From Chloroflexota bacterium (GTDB lineage: Bacteria > Chloroflexota > Limnocylindria > Limnocylindrales > CSP1-4), in the NCBI GenBank assembly GCA_004297395.1, contig SCUO01000100.1, positions 3,043 through 67,042 on the forward strand: a stretch of DNA of 64,000 nucleotides. Direction: 5' to 3'. Under the pieces are notes generated by a model, which did no database searches, was not told the DNA's origin, and saw nothing but the letters and a program-made list of their open reading frames with translations. A program made the translations under genes and the position numbers. Shown piece after piece: positions 8,022 to 16,429 of this stretch (its first letter is position 1; every line of letters starts with the position of its first letter).

Positions 8022-9602
8022 TCAGCTCGTCGTTCGAATGGCGCCCTTCGCACCCTGGATGGCGCGCAGCAGCTGGGCGCCGGTGAGCGGCTTGGCCAGG
8101 AACGTCGCGCCGCGGGCCGTCACCCGCTCGAGGTCGAGCGTCTCGGAGGTGTAGCCCGAGAGCAGGACCAGGGCAATCGACGGGTGGCGCTCGAGCATCA
8201 GCTCGGCCAGCCTGATGCCCGACATGTTGGGCATGATCACGTCGGTCACGAGGACGTCGATCGGGCTGGTCGCGGCCTCGACCACGGCGAGCGCGGCCAT
8301 GGCATCGGCCACCGCAGTGACCCGGTAGCCGGCCCGCTCGAGCAGGCGCGAGGTCATGTCCCGGACGGACGGCTCGTCCTCGACGACGAGAACCGTTCCC
8401 GAGGCCGAGTCGAGGGCCGGCGCCACCTCCGCGGGTTCGTCGGCCGGCACCGCGTCGACCCGCGGGAAGTAGAGCTTGAAGGTCGAGCCGTGGCCGGGCT
8501 CGGAGTAAAGCCAGATGTGGCCACCGGCCTGGCGGACGATGCCGTAGATGGTGGCAAGGCCCAGGCCGGTCCCCTTGCCGCGCTCCTTGGTGGTGTAGAA
8601 CGGCTCGAAGATGTGCTCCCGGACCTCGTGCTCCATGCCCGTGCCGGTGTCGCTCACGGCGAGCATGACGTAGCGTCCCGGGACGACGTCGAAGTGCTCC
8701 GTGGCGTACGGCTCGTCGAACTCGGTGTTGGCCGTCTCGATCGTGACCGTCCCGCCCTCGGGCATGGCATCCCGGGCGTTGACCACGAGGTTGATGACGA
8801 TCTGGTCGAGCTGGCCGGAATCGGCCCGGATCCGGCCGGCGTCGGGGGAGAAGCGGAGGCGAAGCTCGACGTTCTCGCCGATGAGCCGACGGGCCATCGG
8901 CTCGACCGCGCGGACGGCCGCGTTGAGGTCGACGACCTTGGGGCTCACCACCTGCTGGCGGCTGAACGCCAGGAGCTGCGAGGTCAGCTCCGTGGCTCGG
9001 TCGGCGGCGTTGCCGATGGCCCGGACGTTGCGAAAGGCCTCCTCGCGCGAGATCGGCTCGGCCGACAGGTCCTCCTCGAGCAGCTCGGCGTAACCCCGGA
9101 TCGCGAAGAGCATGTTGTTGAAGTCGTGGGCGATCCCCCCGGCGAGCCGCCCGATTGACTCGAGCTTGAGGGCCTGGAGGAGCTGGCCCTCCATGGCCTT
9201 GCGGGCAGTGATGTCGACGACGGTCGCGAAGATGTGCCGCCCGTCGACCGTGTCGACCGGGGAGAGGCTGATCTCGACGGGAAACTCGGTGCCGTCCTTG
9301 CGGCGGCCGGCGAGATCCAGACCGATACCCATCGGTCGGGCCACCGGGTGAGCCAGGAAGCCGTCGCGATGGGCGACGTGGCGGCCAGCCACCCGCTCGG
9401 GCAGGAGGATCTCGACCGACTGGCCGATGAGCTCGGCCGGGGCGTAGCCGAACGTCGACTCGACCTGCGGATTGGCGTACGTGATCCGGGCGTGCGCGTC
9501 GACCGCGACGACCGCGTTGGGCGACGCCTCGAGCACCGGGTAGTAGACCTCGCGAGTCGACGGCTCCGTCGACCGCGGGGACGCGGTCCACTGCGGGTCC
9601 AT
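8022..9602 (-). CDS. PAS-domain hybrid sensor histidine kinase / response regulator
   Basis: - PAS-like N-terminal half.
- H-box: GGIAHDFNNMLFAIRGYAELL.
- N-box: LVVNARDAM.
- G-boxes: DTGTGM and GTGLGLATIYGIV.
- C-terminal receiver domain: VLVVEDEPSVR...DVLVTDVIMPNMSG. Confidence 0.9.
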   Translation of the reverse strand: MDPQWTASPRSTEPSTREVYYPVLEASPNAVVAVDAHARITYANPQVESTFGYAPAELIGQSVEILLPERVAGRHVAHRDGFLAHPVARPMGIGLDLAGRRKDGTEFPVEISLSPVDTVDGRHIFATVVDITARKAMEGQLLQALKLESIGRLAGGIAHDFNNMLFAIRGYAELLEEDLSAEPISREEAFRNVRAIGNAADRATELTSQLLAFSRQQVVSPKVVDLNAAVRAVEPMARRLIGENVELRLRFSPDAGRIRADSGQLDQIVINLVVNARDAMPEGGTVTIETANTEFDEPYATEHFDVVPGRYVMLAVSDTGTGMEHEVREHIFEPFYTTKERGKGTGLGLATIYGIVRQAGGHIWLYSEPGHGSTFKLYFPRVDAVPADEPAEVAPALDSASGTVLVVEDEPSVRDMTSRLLERAGYRVTAVADAMAALAVVEAATSPIDVLVTDVIMPNMSGIRLAELMLERHPSIALVLLSGYTSETLDLERVTARGATFLAKPLTGAQLLRAIQGAKGAIRTTS

Positions 9603-9658
9603 ATTCGGTTACTCCCCTGGCCAGCCTCTCCGGAGAGTAGCAGGCCGCCCGCGGCCGA

Positions 9659-10300
9659 TCACGTCGTCGGACTCGTCCCGGGTGCGTCCGTCGCCGGTCC
9701 CGTCCCGGGTACGTTCGTGCCCGGTGCCGTCATCCCGGCTTCGCCTCCCGCCCGGCAGTCCCGGCAGCGGCCCACGACCGTCAGGTGGTCGATCCGGGCC
9801 TCGAATCCGTGGCGGGCGTCGAGGGCCGCCAGGAACGGCGCGGCCTCGGGTGCCGGCAGCTCGTCCTCGGTGCCGCAGCCCGAGCAGATGAGGTGGCCGT
9901 GATCGAGGACCGGCAGGACGTGGAACGCCTCCCGCCCGTCGATGCCGTGGCTGTGGCTGATGACCCCGAGCTCCTCGAGGACGTCGAGCGTCCGGTAGAC
10001 GGTCGAGGGGGTCGTCGCCGGATCGAGCTCGCGACAGCGCTCGACGAGGGCGCTGCCCGTCACGTGGCCCTCGGCCCGGGCCAGCGCGTCGAGGAGGATC
10101 GCCCGCTGCGGCGTCCAGCGGAGGCCGCGGGCGCGGAGCCGCTCGGGGATGCGGGCCAGGTCCGAGCGGCCGGTCCCGATCGCGGGCGGCGGCGCGCCCG
10201 GCGGCGCGCCCGTAAGCGCTCCCGGCGCGGGGCCGGCCGTGGGACCCGGCGCGGGGCCGGCTGTCGCGCCCGTCATCGTGTCGGCGCTCCGCCGCGTCAT
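9659..10300 (-). CDS. Fur-family metalloregulator (candidate nickel-responsive, Nur-like) with low-complexity N- and C-terminal extensions
   Basis: - Core: LRWTPQRAILLDAL...TVYRTLDVLEELGVI...DHGHLICSGCG...GRCRDC.
- The ATG overlaps the stop of the upstream permease gene (ATGA at 10297-10300).
- The N-terminal roughly 50 aa are Pro/Gly/Ala repeats. Confidence 0.85.
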   Translation of the reverse strand: MTRRSADTMTGATAGPAPGPTAGPAPGALTGAPPGAPPPAIGTGRSDLARIPERLRARGLRWTPQRAILLDALARAEGHVTGSALVERCRELDPATTPSTVYRTLDVLEELGVISHSHGIDGREAFHVLPVLDHGHLICSGCGTEDELPAPEAAPFLAALDARHGFEARIDHLTVVGRCRDCRAGGEAGMTAPGTNVPGTGPATDAPGTSPTT

Positions 10301-11304
10301 CGGATCCCGATGCTCTCGAGCCACCGGTCGATCGCCGGCAGGGCGCCTTCGAGCTGGAACAGGAAGAGCAGCCCGATGACGAGGCTGAACGTCCCGGCCA
10401 CGACGCCGATGACGATGTAGAGCCGCTCCCTGGCCCGGCTGGCGATGAACCCGGTCGCGGTGATGACGACGATGAGCGAGTTGGCGACCAGGAGGCCGGC
10501 GATGAAGGCGAGCATCATCGGCAGGCCGAGGCCCTGGCTCGAGGCGCCGCCGATCGCGGCGATGAGGAGGACCTGGGTGCCCGTCTCGGCCCCGACGCCG
10601 TGGATCATCCCGACGGCGAGGGCCGTGCGCGGCCCGTATGAGCTCATCTCGATCGGGTCGGCATGCTCGTGGCCGTGGAGGCGTGCCTGGAACCGCCGCC
10701 AGGCGTAGCGGATCCCGTCGAAGACGAGCATCCAGCGGCTCCGCAGCCGGAAGGCCCGGCCGTGCCGCGCGTACTGGTACAGCGATACGAAGACCCATGC
10801 GCCCAGGAGGACCAGGGTCAGGCCGACGACCCGGCCCATCAGCGGGTCGATCCAGTCGGGCAGGACTGCCCCGAAGACGAGGGCGATCGTTCCGAGCGCG
10901 GCCACCACGAGCGCATGGCCCACGGCGTAGAGCGTGCCGAGGGCCAGGGCCCGACGCTCCTCGTCGCCCAGCCGGACCCGGACGGCAGCCACGGCAACGT
11001 GCCCGCCGCCAGCGGTGGGGTCCGCGACGGGCGCGGCGATGTGGGCATGCGGGTGGCCGGGCAACGCGTGGGCACGGACCTCGTCGACGCCGCCGTGGCC
11101 ATGGCCGGGTCCCGGCGCCAACCCACTGTGCGAACCGGTATGGACGCTCTCCGCGGCGTCGGCCGTGGCCGTCGTGGAGGTCACGTCACTGATCGCCGCG
11201 ATGTGGTCCCAGTCAAAGCCGTGTCGGAAGCCGAGCAGCAGTGCCGTCCACAGCAGGGTCACACCGCCGGCCGCGGCGAGGTCGGGCAGGACGTCGAGGA
11301 GCAC
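10297..11304 (-). CDS. NiCoT-family nickel/cobalt permease with a His-rich loop
   Basis: - HX4DH signature: RHGFDWDHIAA.
- Also LYAVGHALVV and HGVGAETGTQVLL.
- His-rich loop: GPGHGHGG...HALPGHPHAH.
- Start chosen at GTG 11304, with AGGGGGA 9 nt upstream. The ORF-track start (TTG at 11328) is an alternative. Confidence 0.8.
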   Translation of the reverse strand: MLLDVLPDLAAAGGVTLLWTALLLGFRHGFDWDHIAAISDVTSTTATADAAESVHTGSHSGLAPGPGHGHGGVDEVRAHALPGHPHAHIAAPVADPTAGGGHVAVAAVRVRLGDEERRALALGTLYAVGHALVVAALGTIALVFGAVLPDWIDPLMGRVVGLTLVLLGAWVFVSLYQYARHGRAFRLRSRWMLVFDGIRYAWRRFQARLHGHEHADPIEMSSYGPRTALAVGMIHGVGAETGTQVLLIAAIGGASSQGLGLPMMLAFIAGLLVANSLIVVITATGFIASRARERLYIVIGVVAGTFSLVIGLLFLFQLEGALPAIDRWLESIGIR

Positions 11305-11322
11305 GCGCCGGCTTCCCCCTTG

Positions 11323-11338
11323 TTGCAACTGGTTGCAA
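11323..11338. promoter_or_regulatory. TTGCAA-N4-TTGCAA operator-like repeat upstream of the NiCoT-Fur operon
   Basis: Read directly: ttgcaa ctgg ttgcaa. Each hexamer is self-complementary. It lies 19 nt upstream of the GTG at 11304. Confidence 0.55.
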
Positions 11339-11417
11339 TAGCCTGCGGCTCCGGGCAGGATCCGTCAACCGCGGGTCCTTCCGCCTTCTCCGCTCGGCGG
11401 TCGAGGATCGAGGCTGT

Positions 11418-12596
11418 TCAGTCCTGGAGCCGGCCGTACCTGGCCATCACCTCGCGGAGCCGATCGTGGGGCAGGCGATGGGCGGTGATCCCGTCACGGC
11501 CGGTCATCGTCTCGGCGGCGACGAGCGCGTTGGCGACGGCCTCCTCGGTTGCCTCCACGGTGGCCTCGAAGAGCGGATCGAGGGCCGGATCCACGAGCGC
11601 CCACAGACGGACGACGCCGGGGCCCACTGGCTCGGCCTCGCCGGGCGGGTGGTTCCGATTGCCGGTCGCGAAGGCCATGAACAGGTCGCCCGATGACGTC
11701 GCCCCAAGGCCGCCGACGCGGCCCAGCCCCAGGCCGGCCCGCTGGGCCAACCTCGCGCACTGGTGGGGCAGCAGCGGCGCATCGGTCGCGACGACGATGA
11801 TCGTGGAGCCCGAACCGGGCGCAGTCGTCCCGGGCCGTGCGGGCCGACCCTCCTCGAGGCCCGCGCGCGGCGTCTCCCAGGGTGACGGCACCTCGGAGAT
11901 CGGGATCTCCCGGCCGACCGGGACGCCGTCGATCCGCAGCAGCCCGCGGCGGCCGTAGTTGGCCTGGATCAGGACGCCGACCGTCCAGCCGCCCGCATCC
12001 GGGGGAAGCACCCGTGAGGCGGTCCCGATTCCGCCCTTGAACTCGTGGCAGATCATCCCGGTCCCGCCGCCGACCGAGCCCTCCTCGACCGGGCCGGCGG
12101 CTGCCGCCTCGAGGGCCGCCCGGACATGCTCGAGTCGGACGTGCATGCCGTTGATGTCGTTGAGCTGGCCATCGAACGTCTCGCCGACGACAGGCAGGCT
12201 CCAGGCAGGATGGTCGGGGTGCTCCTCGCCGACCCCGATCTCGATGAGGGCGTCGCGGACGACGCCGAGCGAACTCGTGTTGGTGATCGCGAGGGGGCCG
12301 TGGAAGAGGCCCGTCTCACGGATCCACTCGAGGCCGCTCATGTCGCCGTTGCCGTTCAGGATGTGGGCCCCGGCGAAGACCGGCTCGGACCAGGGATCCC
12401 CATCGTGGGGCACGACCACCGTCACGCCCGTCCTGACCGGTCCCCTGCCGCGGACCAGCGGTCCGTCGCCGCGGATGATGGTGGCATGTCCTACCCGGAC
12501 CCCGGCGACGTCGGTGATCGCGTTGAAGCGCCCGGGCCGGCCCTCGCCGATGACGATCCCGAGGTCCCGCGCCCGCACTCGCTTCGGCTGGCTCAT
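11418..12596 (-). CDS. P1/S58 family peptidase (DmpA-like L-aminopeptidase / D-esterase)
   Basis: ATG at 12596 is in-frame. Motifs: NAITDVAGVRVGH...GVTVVVP...ILNGNG...GGGTGMICHEFKGGIGTAS...STIIVVATDAPL. Confidence 0.85.
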   Translation of the reverse strand: MSQPKRVRARDLGIVIGEGRPGRFNAITDVAGVRVGHATIIRGDGPLVRGRGPVRTGVTVVVPHDGDPWSEPVFAGAHILNGNGDMSGLEWIRETGLFHGPLAITNTSSLGVVRDALIEIGVGEEHPDHPAWSLPVVGETFDGQLNDINGMHVRLEHVRAALEAAAAGPVEEGSVGGGTGMICHEFKGGIGTASRVLPPDAGGWTVGVLIQANYGRRGLLRIDGVPVGREIPISEVPSPWETPRAGLEEGRPARPGTTAPGSGSTIIVVATDAPLLPHQCARLAQRAGLGLGRVGGLGATSSGDLFMAFATGNRNHPPGEAEPVGPGVVRLWALVDPALDPLFEATVEATEEAVANALVAAETMTGRDGITAHRLPHDRLREVMARYGRLQD

Positions 12597-12628
12597 TCGG
12601 TCACCTTGCCTCCTCCCCCCGATTCCCG

Positions 12629-14572
12629 TCAGATGGCCTCGGCAACGATCGCGAGGGCCGCGATCCCGAGGTAGATGACGATGCCGCCGAGAACGAGGAA
12701 CCAGCGCACCGGGCGCGAGATCCCCGAGCCGCCGGCAACGAAGTACGCGACCGGCCCGATGACCGGCGCGGCGAGGACGAGGGCCATCCAGCCGATCCTG
12801 CGCCGATCGGAGACCTCTTCGCGCCGGACGAGGTCCCACAGCGCGATCGCGACCCAGGCCGCGTACAGGACGAGCGGGAAGACGTAGCCGTAGAGCCCCA
12901 GGATCGTCGTCAGCGTCGACGACAGCGGAACCCCCATGATCGTCACCTCCCTCGGAGCAGCGGTTGCCGCGTCCGACGCGGCCCGGATCTCGTCGATGGA
13001 TCGGACCGCCCACGGCCCGGGGACCGCGGCCTCCGGCACGGCGAGGACGATCGGCGCGGCCAGGGCGTCGGGCATCTGGGGCTGCGATGGGGGCGCCGGC
13101 TCCCCCTCGAAGTCACCCAGCCTCGCCGGCAGGCCCAGGGCCTCGACGAATGTGGCGAGGAGGCCGACGGTGGCCCCGGGGTCCCCACCGCCACCGGTCC
13201 TGGCCCCGCAGGCGGCGAGCGTCTCGATCGCCGGCGGCAGGCTCGTGGCGTGGACGTTGGCGTCGAAGCAGTCGCCCCTGACCGACGGCGCACCGAGGGC
13301 CAGATCGGCGCGCCCAGAGCCCGAAACATCGTTGTCGCGGATGACGTTGTCGCGTGTCGCCCAGAGGTTGGCATCGAGGTTGGGCAGCAGGGCAATGCCG
13401 AAGACGGCATGGCCCTCGACGAGGTTGCCCTCGACGACGTTGTCGCGGCCCCCGCCGACCAGGATCCCGACGCCGTGGGCGGGGACCTCGAGGCGCTTGA
13501 CCGGGGCGTCGGTGGCCGAGTTGTCGTGGACCCAGTTGCCGGCGATCAGGGCCCCGGCCTGGGGCGCGAGGAGCTCGGAATCGAGGGTGTTGGGAACGAT
13601 CCCGGCATTGTTCCGGCGCCACTCGCTGTTGACGATCGCCAGGTCCCCGCCGGCGTTGGTGCCCGAGTAGCCGAGCCCATTGTGCTCGGCCACGACATCG
13701 GTGATGACGGCATGGCAGGGCTGGCACTGGCCGATGTAGAAGCCCGAATCGGGGTGGCCGGAGGCGTACGAGTGGTCGAACCTGCCCCAGACGCTGTCGA
13801 AAGCGTAGAGCCCGTAGTCGCCGTTGGCATAGGCGGTCAGGTAGGAGCCGCGGTAGCCGTTCACGCCGGCCCAGTAGAAGCCATTGAGGAGGTAGTGACG
13901 GGCGGTCAGGTTCTCGACGACCACGCCGTCGGCCTCGGCGACGTGGATCCCGTTGGCCTCGACGAGGTCCCCGTCCAGGATGACCGTGTTGCGGTCCTCG
14001 CCCCGGATGGTGATGTAGGGCGTGGTGACGAGGACGCCCTCGTGGTACTCGCCAGGTGCAACGAGGATCAGGTCGCCGGGCGCGGCCGCATCCACCGCTC
14101 CCTGGATCGTCGCCTTGTCGGCCGGGACGCGAATCGACGCGCCGGGCGCTTCAGGGACCGGCTCGCGACCCGGGCCGACGCCACCCGCGCCACCCGTCGA
14201 TGGCAGGTCGACGTCGCCGACGACCACGATGCCGGACATGCCGATGCCACCGGCCTTGCCGTGGAGGAGGCAGGTGAAGGGGAAGACCCCCGGGCTGTCG
14301 AAGGTGTGCTCGAACTCGTCGCCGTTCTCGAGGACGCCGGAATCGAACGAGCCATCGTCGGCGGTCACCGTGTGCGGATTCCGGCCGACGTTCTCCCACT
14401 CGACCTCGGTGCCGACGTCGATCCGGACGATGTCCGGGGCGAAGACGTCGTCGAGGTTGCGAACGACCCGATAGACCGACCCGGCCTCACCGCCGGAGAG
14501 GAAGCCTCCGGCGACCAGCCCGATGACGACGACCAGGGCGGCGCCGAACAGGACGACGAGGACGCGACCCAC
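12629..14572 (-). CDS. membrane-anchored cupredoxin / right-handed beta-helix (NosD-like) / PLDc_N fusion protein
   Basis: - N-terminal TM helix.
- Type-1 copper-like ligand set: NPHTV...FTCLLHGKAGGIGM.
- Repeated beta-helix turns: NVVEGNLVEGH, RDNVIRDNDVSGSG, IAGNWVHDNS.
- C-terminal two-TM segment WVAIALWDL...LAAPVIGPVAYFVAGG (PLDc_N pattern). Confidence 0.8.
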   Translation of the reverse strand: MGRVLVVLFGAALVVVIGLVAGGFLSGGEAGSVYRVVRNLDDVFAPDIVRIDVGTEVEWENVGRNPHTVTADDGSFDSGVLENGDEFEHTFDSPGVFPFTCLLHGKAGGIGMSGIVVVGDVDLPSTGGAGGVGPGREPVPEAPGASIRVPADKATIQGAVDAAAPGDLILVAPGEYHEGVLVTTPYITIRGEDRNTVILDGDLVEANGIHVAEADGVVVENLTARHYLLNGFYWAGVNGYRGSYLTAYANGDYGLYAFDSVWGRFDHSYASGHPDSGFYIGQCQPCHAVITDVVAEHNGLGYSGTNAGGDLAIVNSEWRRNNAGIVPNTLDSELLAPQAGALIAGNWVHDNSATDAPVKRLEVPAHGVGILVGGGRDNVVEGNLVEGHAVFGIALLPNLDANLWATRDNVIRDNDVSGSGRADLALGAPSVRGDCFDANVHATSLPPAIETLAACGARTGGGGDPGATVGLLATFVEALGLPARLGDFEGEPAPPSQPQMPDALAAPIVLAVPEAAVPGPWAVRSIDEIRAASDAATAAPREVTIMGVPLSSTLTTILGLYGYVFPLVLYAAWVAIALWDLVRREEVSDRRRIGWMALVLAAPVIGPVAYFVAGGSGISRPVRWFLVLGGIVIYLGIAALAIVAEAI

Positions 14573-14661
14573 GCCGGCGAGGCTACCAGAGGCCGATTCG
14601 GGCGGTGCGACCAGCGCGCGCGGGGCGGGACGGTGGATTCGGCCCGCCGGGTCCGAGGCGG

Positions 14662-15348
14662 TCAGTCGGCCTGGCTGGTGGAGATGATGTCGACGCCGGG
14701 GATCGCTTCGATCGCCTCGAGCGCGCTGGCGATGACGGCCGTGCTCCGGCCCCGGATGACGAGGTCGGCCCGGTAGGCGCCCTTGCCGGCCCGCTGGGTC
14801 TGGATGGTGAGGATCTCGATCTTGCCGGCCGCGAGGGCCGCCGAGACCAGCCCCAGCTCGTCAACGCGGTTCATCGTCAGGCGCAGCTCGACCTCGAGCC
14901 GATTGACGCCGTGGAGCCGCTCGGCGAGGGCGTTGATGGGCCACAGGCTGACGAGGATGATCACCGCCGCGACGAGGGCCAGGATATGCTCGCCGGCCCC
15001 GGCCGCCATGCCCACGGCCGCGGTTGCCCACAGGCTTGCCGCGGTGGTCAGGCCGCGGATGATGACCCCGTCCTTCAGGATCGCGCCGGCGCCCAGGAAG
15101 CCGATGCCCGAGACGATCTGGGCGGCGATCCGTGAGGGGTCGACGGGCGCGGCGTCCGCGTTGCCCTCCAGGCCGAAGCCGAAGATCGAGAGGACCGTGA
15201 AGAGCCCGGATCCGAGGGCGACCAGCATGTGGGTCCGGATCCCGGCCGGGTGGTTATGGATCTCACGCTCGGCACCGACCACCGCGCCCAGCCCGGCGGC
15301 CACGATCAGCCGGAGGGCGAGGTCCAGCTGGAGCGACACGTCGATCAT
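14662..15348 (-). CDS. MgtC/SapB family membrane protein
   Basis: ATG at 15348 is in-frame. LRLIVAAGLGAVVGAEREIHNHPAGIRTHMLVALGS is followed by a C-terminal ACT-like domain. Confidence 0.85.
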   Translation of the reverse strand: MIDVSLQLDLALRLIVAAGLGAVVGAEREIHNHPAGIRTHMLVALGSGLFTVLSIFGFGLEGNADAAPVDPSRIAAQIVSGIGFLGAGAILKDGVIIRGLTTAASLWATAAVGMAAGAGEHILALVAAVIILVSLWPINALAERLHGVNRLEVELRLTMNRVDELGLVSAALAAGKIEILTIQTQRAGKGAYRADLVIRGRSTAVIASALEAIEAIPGVDIISTSQAD

Positions 15349-15516
15349 CGGGCGGCCGCGGGCGGCATGGCCGAGATCATACCCAGCGACGCCGGAGTGG
15401 TAACGCCGGACCGGGCCGTGGCGCGGCCGGCCGTACCATTCGACGCCCATGCAGAACGACCGGGATCGAGCTTGCGCCGGGCCTCTCGAGGGGGGCATGC
15501 ACCGGAGAGGGGCAGC

Positions 15517-16317
15517 GTGACCGCCGAGCCAGACGTCCTCCGCCTCGACGGGATCACCGTCCGGCGCGCCGGCCGGACGATCCTGGGGCCGCTCGACTGG
15601 ACGATCCGGTCGGGCCAGCGCTGGGTCGTCTTCGGGCCGAACGGGTCGGGCAAGACGACCCTCCTCCAGGTCGCCTCGACGTATCTCTGGCCGTCGAGCG
15701 GCACGGTTCGCATCCTCGACCACCAGATCGGGTCGATCGACGCCCGCCAGCTCCGGGAATCGATCGGCTACGCCGGGAGCGGCCTGGAGCGGGAGATCGG
15801 CGACGACATCGATGCCCTCGACGTCGTCATGACCGCCCGGCATGCGGCGCTCGCCCCATGGTGGCACCGGTACTCGGACGCCGACCGCACGCGAGCCCGG
15901 ACCCTCCTGGAGCGGATGGGCGTGGGCGACTTCGCGGCGCGCGCCTTCGGGACCCTCTCGACCGGCGAGCGCCGGCGGGTCCAGATCGCCCGCGCCCTCA
16001 TGCCGAACCCGCGGCTGCTGCTCCTCGACGAGCCGGGGGCGGGCCTGGACCTCGGCGCCCGCGAATCGCTGGTCGAGGATCTCGCGGCCCTGGCCCGGGA
16101 CGCCTCGCTCGCGGCCATCGTCCTGGTGAGCCACCACGTGGAGGAGATCCCGAAGGGCTTCGGCCACGCCCTCGTGCTCGGCGGCGGCCGGGCGGTTGCG
16201 AGCGGGCGGATCGAGGCGGCGCTGGCGTCGGGACCGCTCTCGGCCGCGTTCGGTCGGCCACTCGCGGTCGACCACGTGGACGGCCGGTTCGTGGCCCGGG
16301 GGGTCCGAACGCCGTGA
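15517..16317 (+). CDS. stand-alone ABC ATPase (ModF/YlmA-like), no adjacent permease
   Basis: In-frame GTG at 15517. Walker A GPNGSGKTTLL, ABC signature LSTGERRR, Walker B LLLLDEP. Confidence 0.85.
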   Translation: MTAEPDVLRLDGITVRRAGRTILGPLDWTIRSGQRWVVFGPNGSGKTTLLQVASTYLWPSSGTVRILDHQIGSIDARQLRESIGYAGSGLEREIGDDIDALDVVMTARHAALAPWWHRYSDADRTRARTLLERMGVGDFAARAFGTLSTGERRRVQIARALMPNPRLLLLDEPGAGLDLGARESLVEDLAALARDASLAAIVLVSHHVEEIPKGFGHALVLGGGRAVASGRIEAALASGPLSAAFGRPLAVDHVDGRFVARGVRTP

Positions 16318-16429
16318 CCAGGGCGGCGGCGGAGCCCGCGAAGGAGACCGGGCGCACTCGACCTCGGGCTGCCGCGAACGGCATCGGGGGCGTCACGATC
16401 GCGTCATCCCGGGTCCGTACGGTGCCGGC

